A stretch of DNA of 64,000 nt from Octopus bimaculoides (GCF_001194135.2 NC_068982.1:92383322-92447321), one strand, 5' to 3'; positions 1 through 12,756 are shown, counted from the stretch's first letter. Notes: generated from the sequence alone by a model not told the origin. Program-made: numbers and translations.

Positions 1-124
1 GTGACATGATTAGAAATAGGGAATGAGTTGAATACTGAGGATATCAGTCCAGTGTGGCAGGAAGTGAAGAAAATCAAAGATGAATTGCGGAGAAAAGCTT
101 AACAGAACATCAGTTCAGTTGAGA

Positions 125-1000
125 CGGAAGGGTCTTCTTAAGTGCAGCATAACACCAATCATCTCAGTCCCCCAGTCATCTCCTCTGAGAGGTTCAGTAT
201 CTTGATATCAGTCTTCACCCCTTTGTCTCATGTCTTCTTAGGTCTACCTCTTCTACATGTTCCATCCATTCTTAGCAATCACCACTTCTTTATACCATTG
301 TCCTCATCTATTCATATCACATGACCATACTAGTGCAATATTCTCTCCTGTACACCACATCTAATGCCTCTTATGCCCAGTTTTTCACTGACATCATGCA
401 TCCATTGGAGCATACTTGTTTTTTTCAAGTCTTTGCATGTCTTCTGCATTCACAGTCCAAGTTTCACAGTTGTGTAGCTTTGCTATTCATATACAGGTGT
501 CATACAATCTGCCTTTCATTCTGAGAGAGAGGCCTTTTGTTACCAACAGAGGTAGAAACTCTCTGAACTTTCTCTGGCCAATGTGTATTCTAGCTACTAT
601 ACTTTCAGAGCATCCTCCTTCACTGCTAATTAGGCCACCTAGGCAACAGAAACTATTCACTACTTCTATGGAGCCTCCTTGGCATTTCAGAACATCTATT
701 TCCCATGTGCTGTTATTATTTATTACTCCTGCACATCTGCCACAAGCAAATTCTATTTTCTCTCTTAACCTTCTTTGATTCCACTGCACCTCTCATGTGT
801 CTATAGTTTGCACTGAGCACATCATATGGAATTTCTACCTACACCTTGTCTACACATGGAACAGGGCCTTTTTCCTGAAGGGATTGGAGTTCTGTCTGTT
901 TTTCTGTTATTAGAACTTTAATCTTCACTAGGTTAACCTGAAGACCTTTTGATTCTAGGTTTTGCTTCCATACTTGGAATTTTAATTCTAATTCTTCAAT
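125..1000 (-). mobile_element. RTE-clade LINE, 3' fragment (degenerate)
   Basis: Minus-strand translation gives FACGRC...IEVVNSFCCLGGLISSEGGCSESIVARI...LLVTKGLSLRMKGRLYDTC then ..HNCETW, matching the RTE ORF2 C-terminus. Same family as 56714-57345. Confidence 0.8.
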
Positions 1001-4000
1001 ACTTTCAGCTGTAATAACAAGATCACAAGCATAGAGGAATTCCTATGAGAAACTGTTATGGCCAGAAGAACTATGATAGATTAGAGAGAACTGATAACTG
1101 AACCCTGATGAACTCCTACCTGAACTCTAAATTCACTGCTGTACTCATTGTTAACTCTCACTTTGCCAACACATCCCAGTTGATGGTTTGAATGGGTCTC
1201 ATTAGCCATTCATCTACTAGCTTTCACAGTGATTACCAAATGAGGGATTGAGGTACCCTGTCAAAGGCTTTCTCCAGGTCCAGGTCAATGAATGCTAAGT
1301 ACAGTGGCATATTTTTTGCTAAATACTTCTGTAGTTGCTGAACTTCAGAGAGAGCATGTGTGTGTGTGTGTGTGCATGCACATGCGTGCGTGCATGTCTA
1401 TCTCCCTCTCTCACTTCCCCTATCTCTATCTCTTCCTCCATATTCACTTGCAAATCTCCATTTTCCCACCCACTATTACTCTTCCTACCTGAGGTGCCAC
1501 TTGGGCAACTCGTCACCTGTCGATCTCCTTGAAGATACCTCTAATTCATTTTCACTCTCCCTTCTAAATGTGAGTAACCATATAGCTTCTCTACAACAAG
1601 AACATGCTCTACCCCTCATATCTTAACCTCTACATCTAACATACAGATGCATGTGATGATGATGATGATGCTGATGCTGATGATTTAGAGTTTTCTGTCA
1701 GCTTCATTTATTCATTTTAGTTCTTAAAGCAGAACAAGTTCTAATAGTAGAATCTGTTAAGCAACTGAAAATATTCCAAATGAGGAAGAATTGCCTGGAG
1801 TCCAATGGCATAATATTCTAATTTGTAACAGAGAACAGTGCTATCATGGGAATTAACCTCATATGATATATAGAATAAGTAGAAACAGAGTAGGTAGGAA
1901 TTTTGTACTATGTTTTCAATGCAGACGTTGGATACATAATGGATACAGTGAAATATCTGGTAGACTGACACAGAACAAGTATTTCAAATGCTTTTAATCT
2001 ATTTTAATTTTATTTAATTTATTGCTAAATCAAAGGAGAAAATGCAGTGCCCTTGACCTTTCTTAGAGCTTTTGAGGCTGATGGGTGGCAGGCTGGAAAT
2101 TATCCTCAGACAGAAAACCTGGCCTGAATGCTTTCAATTGGAATGTAGTTTGCCCAAGGCACTCAAAGCTTGGATTAATTCTACCATGAAAAAACAAAAC
2201 AAACAAACAAACTAACATGAAAGTATAGTAACTAGTGTGGGAATGAGGAAGTGGAAGATCATGGAACTGTTCTGTTAGCATTAAAGAGTTTTCTACTCTG
2301 CATAAGAGTCAATGCATAAGAGTCAATGTGTAAGAGTCAATGTGTATGAAGACTATGTAAGGAGTGTAAGCTATATAATATTAAGATGGACATTAGCCGT
2401 GGAAAATCAATGGAGCTAGAAAGAAATAATCAGGTGTAATTCATTGAGGGATATATTAGCTTGCATGAAAAGAAGAGCTCAAGGAAGCAAGGAAGTGGCT
2501 GGTACTCTGCCAAATTACCCATATGACAGGAATGGGAAAACACCATGTAAAAACATGGTCAATTCAAAAATAAATCAACTTATCAGAATAAAGATTGGTC
2601 ATAACTATGGTATTAGTTTGTTTATAAATGACTGCTCGGAGATAAGGTTTTCTTTAGAATTATTTTCCTGACTTTTTTCTTTCTTTCTTTCTTTCATTCT
2701 TTTTGTTTTGACTATAAAGTAAAGCTCATTGCAGCCAGGCATGCCTGGACAAAGAAGGCAAAAGCATAAAATATTCACAATTACAAAAGGACTACAAGAA
2801 TTAGAATATTTTGATGAAGATGGATAGAAATCCAATCAAATGTGTCCTGAAAACAGTTTAGAATCAGTTAACAAATATGAAAATTCTGAAATTGAAGACA
2901 AAATAAGAGGTAATGTCCAGATTTTGCAAACTGAACAGGAAAATAATGTTCTACAATAAAAGGAAAACTGAAACACCAAAGTGCAATACTGGATTTAAAC
3001 AAAAGATTTATCAATCCTAAGGAAGAACTTTTTGTGAAGAAGCTTTTGTGTTTCAAGTGATTTCAGTAAATCTCTTTCTGTTTATAGTATGTGTTGTAAA
3101 GAGTACTGGTTGCGGAACTCAGGTTTAGATGTGGGTTATGTCCCCTTGGGTAAGGCAGACAACGTGAAAGATCATTGGCCAATGTGTTCAAAGGAGATGG
3201 CTGCACTAGCTGGACATATGAAGTGAAGGGCAGAAGAGTTATGTGTGCTGACAGCAGAATATGCTCAAGGGCAGAGAAAGACAGAAAAAGAAAAAAAAAT
3301 GGAGATGAAATGATAATGATATACAACAGAAATAAATGGAGATTATCACACATCAAATCCACTAAGCCCATAGCATAGATGAGCGGGGCCATGGAAGAAG
3401 TCTGTCTTACTCTAGCTACATCACTGATTCCTGCATGACACAGTAGATGTTAAATTAGTAAGGATCTCTCTACATTCTGAGGGCAAATCCTGTCAGTAAT
3501 GTTCTCATTCTTTGCCTTTCATCCTTTTGGGGTCGATAAATTGGTACCAGTTGTGTACTGAAGTCGATCTAATCAACTGACCCCCTCCTACCAAATTTCG
3601 GGCCTTGTTCCAAGAGTAGAAAACAATATAATAAGGTTTATTCAATTAACTATCTCACCTATTAATACTGGATTTGTATCCAGTCCAAAGAAATCAATAT
3701 CAGCTGAGAATTTTATGGCTCACAAGGCATTCGGACACCTGTGACATGATATATATCCACATAGTAATAGTTGTCCTATCTTAAGCTTTAAAGTAATTGC
3801 ATATGGAATATCATTTATCTTTTACTTATTTCAGTATTTAGACTGTGTCCATGCTGGAGCATTGCCTTGGTTGAGAAATATTCAAAAGGCTCAGCTGGTG
3901 AAAAAAGGTTGCTGGCTTCTGGTGTTTACTATATCATCTGATGTAAGATGATACTTTGAGAATAATTAGACTTCAAATAAAAAAAAAAAAAAAAAAAGAA

Positions 4001-4556
4001 AAGTATGATTTCAAAGAATTACTCTTATATTTCTGAGAGACCTGACAGTAGACACTGATTAGCACATATTACTGGGAAAATATTGGATATTTTGTTGTAA
4101 AAGTAATCTCTGTTGAGATTTCTTTGAATCAGCTTTGACTTTGTATTTATTGCTCTGCTTTTATGTTGCTAAAGCCCTTGGAAAAGGTGACAAAATCAAA
4201 TAGCAAGGACAATGTTTTTGTTTGTTTAGCCTGATTAAACCCAGTAAGACATCCTGGAGAAAACCAGGATGTGTGTATAGTTGTGGATGAAAAAAAAAAA
4301 CTACATGGGGAAACACTTTGAACTATCATAAATTCTGTTCCACAAGATCTACAAAATATTTCTGACTGAGATAAGGCTTCTGCCTTCCCAGCATAAACCA
4401 TATATATATACATGATGGCTGTCCACTCGTGATTGAGGAAGATAATCACTAACTATTAAGAACATTGTGCACTCAGACAAAATTATACTTTACACTTGAG
4501 ACTTCATTGATGACTAATGAGCCAGGCTCTTGATAAGCATACATGTCTGCATGTAT

Positions 4557-5580
4557 TGTGGTAGACGTCAGTGTCTGGGGAGGCTGACCGGGAGGGCGAG
4601 TCGACCAGAAGGGAAAAAGGGCAGAGGGAGCCTCGATCGGGCATTCGTGCCCTTTTCGAACGGGGCTGCGGTCAGGACAAGACGTGTTAAGCAACGGTCT
4701 AGGTTTGGGAAGGTTTGGGAGAAGCAGCTGCTATTCCTGGTGTAGGGGCGGCGTTTCGTTCAGAAGCGTTGGGAGAGATGCTTGACCGGTAGAAGGTGCG
4801 ACGATTATTTAGAGCGGCGTATAGACCGAGTGGCAACGGAATCGTTGAGAGGCACCATCGGACGATCAAGGCCATGGCTGAAAGGGGGCACATTTCGCCC
4901 CTGGAAGCGGTCTACTGGTACAATATGTCTCCCCGATCCGGACAAGCGGAAGAGTCTGTGCCGCACAGAGCGGTGTTCAAATATGAATGGAGGCATCCCT
5001 GTAAGACGCCGGAGTTCTGCGAGGAAGAGAAGGGACCCGCTGGCGTGAAAGTAGGGGAGGAAGTTTGGAGTCAAGCCGCCGAAGNNNNNNNNNNNNNNNN
5101 NNNNNNNNNNNNNNNNNNNNNNNNNNNNNNNNNNNNNNNNNNNNNNNNNNNNNNNNNNNNNNNNNNNNNNNNNNNNNNNNNNNNNNNNNNNNNNNNNNNN
5201 NNNNNNNNNNNNNNNNNNNNNNNNNNNNNNNNNNNNNNNNNNNNNNNNNNNNNNNNNNNNNNNNNNGGGGTGAACGTGATCTTTAAGATCAGGGTGGCGT
5301 GTGGTATGATGTCAGTGTCCGGGGAGGCTGACCGGAAGGGGAAAAAGGGCAGAGGTAGCCTCAAACGGCATTCGTGCCCTTTTCGAACGGGGCTGCGGTC
5401 AGGACAAGACGTGTTAAGCAACGGTCTAGGTTTGGGAAGGTTTGGGAGAAGCAGCTGCTATTCCTGGTGTACTTTGGGTCGGGGCAAGCTTCAAGGATCG
5501 GATACCGCAAGACGGACTCGAAGTCGAGGAAAGGAAAACCGAGGTAAGGCGATTACATCTACTCGTACGCACACACCACA
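4557..5580 (+). mobile_element. Internally deleted Ty3/Gypsy LTR retrotransposon
   Basis: 3' LTR 5300-5580 (TGTGGT...ACCACA). 5' LTR 4557-4743 is truncated and fused to integrase core (GAAFRSE...RAAYRPSGNGIVERHHRTIK). Purine-rich tract before the 3' LTR. 5-bp TSD TGTAT at 4552-4556 and 5581-5585. Contains an N gap. Confidence 0.88.
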
Positions 5581-6441
5581 TGTATTGCAGACCAAGCTTC
5601 TCCCATTTACTATACTGGTAGTGTTTTGAACAGCTCACTTAAATTTTGCATGAAAAATGCATATAGTTTCAAAAATACCCATGTCTTCCTCTACTGGTTA
5701 CCTCCATTAGTGGTGATGACAAGCATTGCTTTTCATAATGATCTATATTTCATATGACTTCAAAGGGGACTTTACACAATCCTTAAATTGTAGTCTTGAT
5801 TTCTACTGGGGGCACTTTCCATAAACAAGTCCGCCATAATCCTCTGATCATTAATCCAAACAGGGTATCCAGTCCAATGTAAATGATGCTTTCTTTATCA
5901 TTGCCTCAGTGCTCAGAATATCAGCTCTCCTCATACATACTTGCATGTATGCATGCATACATCCATCCATACATACATATACACACACACACCTAAGTAT
6001 TTCAGTTAAAGTAATATCTCTTCAAATAAAAGAAAAAGCAATGAACACTTACGTAGCTTTACTTTTAAGTTTGACAATAACGATGATAACTTATTATATA
6101 GTTAAAAAAAATATAATGATTGTGCTTACTGGAAAGATATTTGATGAAAAAAGATTGTTTGCTGTTAGAGAAGTTAATCAATAACATAGATTGTAATTGT
6201 ATATTAGAAACACATGTTGCAGATATTCAGGGTTTGATTGTAGCTGGATTTAAAATGGGAACATGTTGGTTTAAAACTGAGTGAGCTATTAATCAATGAT
6301 GTAAAGCTACAAGTCAAGCTGCTATTCTTATAATGAAGTGAATAGAATTATATTTAACTGTATGTTTAAAGCTTCAGCTGGATAAGTTGGAAATGTGTTG
6401 AATTGCTGACCAAAGGGATCCATAGCTTCTGTCTAGCATTA

Positions 6442-6855
6442 CTCTCTCTTTTACTCTTTTACTTGTTTCAGTCATTTGACTGCGGCCATGCTGGAGCACC
6501 GCCTTTAATCGAACCAAATCGACCCCAGGACTTATTCTTTGTAAGCCTAGTACTTATTCTATCGGTCTCTTTTTGACGAACCGCTAAGTTAAGGGGACCT
6601 AAACATACCAGCACCGGTTGTCAAGTGATGTTGGGGGGGGGGGGACAAACACAGATACACAACATATACATACATATATATATACATATATACGACAGGC
6701 TTCTTTCAGTTTCCGTCTACCAAATCCACTCACAAGGCTTTGGTCGGCCCAAGGCTATAGTAGAAGACACTTGCCCAAGGTGCCACACAGTGGGACTGAA
6801 CCCGGAACCATGTGGTTGGTAAGCAAGCTACTTACCACACAGCCACTCCTGCACC
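6442..6855 (-). mobile_element. tRNA-derived SINE, family A (CORE-like), full length
   Basis: A box TGGCTGTGTGG and B box GGTTCAGTCCC, CORE-like ACCTTGGGCAAGT, central (TA)/(TG) microsatellite, (GAGTAAA)-like tail. Many homologous copies in the window. Confidence 0.88.
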
Positions 6856-7035
6856 TCTATATCATATTTTGAAATATTTAATTCTTAAAACCATTTATGC
6901 CCTGAACAATTAAGTGAAATAAGTCTTTGTCGTCAAAAGTTTTAATGAGTCCAGATCACATTACCCGACATAAGATACCATGGGAATTTCAAACTATAAT
7001 CGACAAGTGTTTTTTTTTTAGTTTGCAGTGCTACC

Positions 7036-7360
7036 TGGGGAAGGTGCATGACTCAGTGGTTAGATTGTTGGGCTCACAAACATAAGGTAGTGAGTTTGAT
7101 TCCCAGACCAGGCTATGTGTTGTATTCTTGAGCAAGGCACTTCATTTCACGTTACTCCAGTTCGTTCAGCTGTAGAAATGAGTCACTTGTGCCAAGCTGT
7201 ATTGGCCTTTGCCTTTCCCTGGGATTATATTGGTGGTGTGGAGAGGGGATGCTGGTATGCATGGGTGACTGCTAGTCTTCCATAAACAACCTTGCCTGAA
7301 CTTGTGCCTCGGGGGTACAATCCCATGGTCATTCACGACCAAAGGGGATCTTTACCCTTT
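7036..7360 (+). mobile_element. tRNA-derived SINE, family B (V-domain-like centre)
   Basis: TGACTCAGTGG A box, GAGTTTGATTCC B box, TTCTTGAGCAAGGCACTT..CCAGTT..CAGCTGTAGAAATGAG centre. Related minus-strand copies at about 7838-7990 and 28145-28320. Confidence 0.7.
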
Positions 7361-7527
7361 TACTTGGGGAAGGAGGAGTTCTGTTTAGTTAAATTGTTAT
7401 AGATGCACTACAAGAAGACAATACTCTTAAATGGTGTTTCTATAGCAAATAGTAATTAGTAAATTACTATCTTGAGTCTTAGAACTCATAGAGCTGGTTT
7501 TCTGGTTTTCATGGCATATAAGTGACT

Positions 7528-7820
7528 GAGGCATGGCTGTGTGGTAAGAAGATAGCTACCCAACCACATAGTTCCAAGATCAGTCCCATTACAAGGCACC
7601 TTGGGCAAGTGTTTTCTACTATAGCGTTGGGCTGACCAAAGCCTTGTGAGTGGATTTGGTGAACAGAAACTGAAAGAAGACCGTCGTATATATGTGTGTG
7701 TGTGTTTATGTTCCTATAACTTACTGGTTAGGCAAAAGAGACCAATAGAATAAGTACTAGGCTTACAAAAAATAAGTCCTGGGGTCAATTTGTTTGACTG
7801 ACTGAAACAAGTAAAAGAAC
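7528..7820 (+). mobile_element. SINE family A copy, degenerate
   Basis: Colinear with 6442-6855, with internal deletions. Confidence 0.8.
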
Positions 7821-9563
7821 AAAATAATTTCCCCTAATGGGGTGCCAGTCCATTGCATAGTTACTAATTACAGTTGAGCAGATAGGAGCAATGTGAAATG
7901 AAATGTTTTGCTCAACACCATGCACCACCTGGTCTAGGAATCAGAACTGTGCTCTTGCAACTATGAGTGCAACACCCTAACCACGAGGTTACACACCATC
8001 ATGTTTCTGTAACCCAGCGAAACTTACTTTTAAATGCACACACTCAAAATATGAAAGCCAGTTGGAAGTTTCAATGTTGAGATTTAAAAAATCACAACAC
8101 ATTATATACTCCCTGATTAAAGGTTTTGAAGCACTGAAAAGCAAACGGATCCATGACTGGAAATGATAGTTTAGTTCTTCAATATTATTTTTTTCATTTT
8201 TATTTTTCAATTTGAAATTGGAGCTAACCGATTCTAGTTTATATTTTTACCTAATTTTATTGACTTTTGATTTAAGTTCAAATTTCACCCTCACTGCCTT
8301 CTTGAATATTACTTTATTTAAAAAAAACCCCAAATATTTTTCCATTTTACCTTAATTTTTCTATGAGTGCATGGGTAAGAGTGTTTATGTATTAGACCAG
8401 TTGTTTATCCAGCTTGATATCTTGCTAGCTACTGGACTATGAAGTAGGTGTTGAACTTGTTGCTTTTGTTCAGTCAATTAAATTGGAGGAAGCACAGTTG
8501 AAGACATATAATATATAGAGAAAGAAACTACAAACAGAATAATTCTAAAAATAAACCGCCTCTCAGAAAATATTAAAAAATGATAAGATTACAAAACAGA
8601 GATTTTAATTTGTTCAAAAGTGTGAATGAAATTCCACAAATACCAGTATCTTAGGAATTTGTGGAATTTCTTGAGAAGGCATTATGCAACTCAACAGAAA
8701 GTAAACCCATATTCTTCAGAAGCTCATTATCATTTGCTGTAGTCAATAAAATGAAGATGGGGACACACTTTGAACTATCATAAAATATGGAAAATACTCA
8801 ACTCCTTCAAACCAAAACGTAACATTCGGCTCTTTTCAAACAATTACTATTTCCCCCCTTTTCTAAATATAAGGTGACATCTAAAGAAGGTTAATAATAC
8901 TAAATTTATTACAAAAGCAGTGTTTGAGGCCAGAGCAGAACAGGTTTCTTGCTGTAGAAGAGCAGCGTGGTTACCCACATTTTGGTAGAGAGGGTGGGGG
9001 TGATCAGAGTGTAGCTGAGAAGAGATAAAAATAGGAGTGATTAAGGCTTTGGGTGAATCCTCAAGGCAGGAGGTGAACAGAAGTGAGTGGTGACAAGAGC
9101 TGGAAGTGGGGGCAGGTAGAGGTTGCAAGAGTGTATGAGAGAGTGAGAGATTGTGATGAATAGAGGATCAAGTGTTGAGGGGTGGATGAAGTGAATGGTG
9201 GATAAGGGGTGGGGAGTGACCAATGATGCATTGGGATGAAGAACAGCAGAATAGTAATCTTGATACAATAGAGAGAGAGCAGGGAGGGGAAAGAAAGCTA
9301 TGACATGTGGTTGGGAAAGAAGAAAGTGACAGAAGCAGGCATAGTGTATGAGGAAGGCGAGACATAAATTTAGTGGCTCAAAGAAAAGAGAGAGAGAGAG
9401 GGGGGGAGATAGAGAGTTTGTGATATGTACAGGATAAATATCTTACAAGGTATTTTATTGACCTTCAAAAAGGAAAAAAAGAATATTTGTATTAGGTAGT
9501 GAAAGACCATAGTAGGCAATGACAGGAATGATTTATTTGTATTCATTTTACTTTAGTACAGTC

Positions 9564-9700
9564 ACTAGCATAGCTAGAGTGTGTGCCACCCAGGGCAGTC
9601 TTTCCATTTTCCACCCCCAGACCCCACAAAAAAGCACATATTGCCTACAGCAGACCCAAAAGTGCTGCCTGGAGTGGACCATTCCCCAGCTACACTAGTG
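9564..9700. mobile_element. Old hAT-like MITE remnant
   Basis: Imperfect TIRs CACTAGCATAGCT / AGCTACACTAGTG and subterminal inverted CCACCCAGGGCAG / CTGCCTGGAGTGG. Confidence 0.35.
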
Positions 9701-11869
9701 AGTATAGTGGTGGTGAAATTGAAACTAGATAATTGTAAGAGTTTATCTAATCAAAGTACATTCATCACTACCAAAGGCTAAAAACAAACTTGTTAATTAT
9801 ATGAGGCACTTGTTGATTACAATAGTAAGCTATATCCATTTATTGTACCTTGATAGAGTATGAACCTTCAGGATAATAGCCTGACTCATTATCAACTCAG
9901 ATGACTTCAACTCTGTAGTAAGAGGATTACTTTAAAATATGTTTAATAAGGTAGGTTTTAAACAATGAATGAAGAAGAAAGGCAACATCCATGGTAGTTT
10001 TTTTTTTCAGGGATTCCAAGATATGTGGGAGAAAGGGAAGAAGTTATTTTTAGGTGGAAGACCCAAACTGAATGCTTACAAGTGACTGAACCTGGCTAAA
10101 GGTATCCAAAGGCCTGGTGACAGTGTTAAACCAGGCTACAGATTAAAGTGTACAACTCAAGAACAGGAAGGGGTCCCTTTGTTGGGCTTCTACACAGTTT
10201 TATCTACTAAATTTCAGTCACAAAACTTTGGTTGACCCAAGGCCATAGGAGAAAATACTTGCCCAAGATGCCAATGCAATGGGTTCACACTTGAAATAGA
10301 GTGGTTCTAAAATGAAATTCTTAAGTACACAATCATACCTGCTAAGAACATCCTTATTTTTAACTTTGTAACAATCCTTCTAGCTACCACTTCTTGACTA
10401 AAGTGACTGAAGAGATAAGATAAAGTGACCACATTTGTTGCCTATTTTGCTTCTAATTCCATACAACACATACAGATTAATCATTAGGGCAGTTTCTGTA
10501 GTCAGAAATTTGCTAGCATAGGCTTACATACTAGAGATCTTTCACACTTTATTGGAGAAAGCAATGTTGTTGCTTTTCACATCTGCAAAGACCAACATGA
10601 ACAAATCTAATGGGTTGTACATGTTATTCATCTCTTAGTTTAATAGTTTCCTCTCAAAACTCTCTAGAGTAACTTGTGTATCTGTCTTACTTTATATCAA
10701 CTCTCAGAGGTTGGTCATATCTCATACAATCTGCCTGCAGTACATTAATAACTTTCTCACCATTACTTCTAACAACTGACTCACACACTACTCTCATGGA
10801 GATAATACTATCTTTTATTTCCCCTTAAACCTTTCATACACAGGTGACATCAGCACACAACCTATACATATGTACCAAATAGCATCCTAGATTCTTAGCC
10901 AATATCTGAAATCAAGCCTAGAGTTTTGTATCAGTTTCTTTCCTATTGTCCTTGAATTTGGCACTTAGAAATTTATAAGAGTCAACTGTCTTAGTTATGT
11001 TCTATTGTTTAAGTGAATATTCTTGTGTTAAATACAGCTCAAGAGATAAACTCGTTACTTTCCACTATTTGCTGACTTACATCAAACTTTCTAACAAATA
11101 TAAATACTATAAGCAAATTCAATTCTACCTCTTTTACTCAGCCCTCGCTAGAAAAGCACATTCCCCTGTTTCTCACTTCAAGTATGGATAGCCAGTACAT
11201 GACTACACAACTTCCACCCTCTCTTCTTGTCAACACAGAGGTAGATTCTGTTACTTTTTTTTCTCTCCCCTTTTTCCACCCATCTTCTAGCAGTCAACAA
11301 AAGATGAAGTTAACTACCTACAAAATGGATAACAGAACTGCTAATTATTATTGTGTAAGAACTCAAAGAAGTTGTAACTTACTTTATAATAAACAAATAA
11401 AGGCCTTATCAATTAATTATTTTTCTTCCTCTCATTTATTTGCAACATAGCATCGTTATGCATTTCACCACCAGATCTTATTTCAAAAACATCCTGATCC
11501 TCAAATGAGATGATGACACAATTCATATACATATCAAAGAAACCGTCTTGCAATGTAACGTCGTTCCTATCCATGAATAGTATATGGCTAAAACCCTTAA
11601 ACTCATTATGAATGAATCTAAGGGTTCATCTAAAAGTATATTCTAAAGAGTATGCTAACTTCTCAGAGTCAGAAAAGACTTCAGCACTGATTTGTCATTG
11701 ATTCTCTACAAATCACAACTGCTACTCATATTAAATACTACTTATGTCTATGATAGAGCTGTTATACAAACAGGTTAGACAGGAAAAAAACAAAAACAAA
11801 AACAAAGAAAAGAAAACAAAAAAACAGTAGCTTATTGACACATACGCCAAAAAAAAAAAAGCAATTATA

Positions 11870-12120
11870 GCCATTATCCTGTAGACGTGTTGTTTCCTGT
11901 CTCTGCATTTTTTTTTTACGACCTACTCTCCTCTTAGCAGCATCCAACTCTGCTCTGACCCTCCTAATGCTCTCACACCCAATTTGTGTCTAACACCCTA
12001 CTAATTCGTAAATAAACACTTCGCCGAATTCCTCACCACTATTCCAGAATTGCAACCTTCTGGAACTCTCTCCCTACTTCATTGTTGTTACTGTTTAGTT
12101 TCTGGTCAGCTCTGATTGCT
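11870..12120 (+). mobile_element. CR1/L2-type LINE 3' fragment
   Basis: Degenerate translation ...IPRIATFWNSLP, typical of the ORF2 end. Similar debris at about 1400-1620. Confidence 0.45.
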
Positions 12121-12399
12121 CAGACTTATGAATCAAAGCTGCTTCAGTTAATATTCTGTCTTATATATGGTAGACATTGTTTAATATCTTCTAACTTTAT
12201 TTTAAACAATGAGATATAAGTTGAAGGAATTTAGCAATTGTTTCTAGCAGGTCGAAGAATTGAGGTTGTCCCATTAGGTCATTGCTCTAGTCTTACCGTC
12301 AGGCATCAATCTTCAGAAGATAAAGTGGAACATCAACTACAGTGATCTCCACATGTCTGGTAAAACCTGCAAAGGTCATGGATACTGTGCCCGCTACCC

Positions 12400-12601
12400 T
12401 TCTTCGCTTCGATTAAATGAAAAGAAAAAAAAAACTTTGTCCAAAAGAATTTATCAATCTAATGACTTAACTAATCAAATGCAACGTAACAATAGCTGGA
12501 AGTGGCTGGATGAATACGTAATTTGTTATAATATCAACCAATCACATGTTGCCTTTAATATGTCAGCCCACATGACAAAATAATAATGGCTGACAACTAC
12601 A
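12400..12601. promoter_or_regulatory. Putative CLEC16A promoter/5'UTR, possibly bidirectional
   Basis: Non-repetitive sequence directly upstream of exon 1 with a CCAAT box (AACCAATCA, about 12536-12544) and locally retained CpGs in 12250-12680. TSS unknown. Confidence 0.5.
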
Positions 12602-12679
12602 ATGTCGGCTGGCGATCACAAACAATTGACAGAAACAGATCCTTGGTTTTATTCTGACACAGATTTCGATTCGATCAGG

Positions 12680-12756
12680 ATGCTTAGGAGGTCTAAAAAT
12701 TGGTTACCTGGAGCTCTGTGGAAGCCCAAAAACCCCCATTCCCTGGAACACCTCAA
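12680..12756 (+). CDS. CLEC16A: CLEC16A coding exon 1 (conserved start; an in-frame ATG at 12602 could extend it by 26 aa)
   Basis: Encodes MLRRSKNWLPGALWKPKNPHSLEHL+AA, then a strong donor AA|GTAAGT at 12757. Resembles the human CLEC16A N-terminus MFGRSRSW...RNIHSLDHLK (from memory). Splices in phase 2 to 63386 to restore HLK-YLY. Confidence 0.88.

Noticed and set aside
2690-3060. KIFTITKGLQELEYFDEDG, reminiscent of a piggyBac-derived N-terminus
   Set aside because: Multiple stops, no catalytic motifs or TTAA ends; similarity too weak.
4305-8790. Shared ~27-bp motif ATGGGGA.ACACTTTGAACTATCATAAA at about 4305 and 8757
   Set aside because: Best explained as two old fragments of one repeat family, with no evidence of function.
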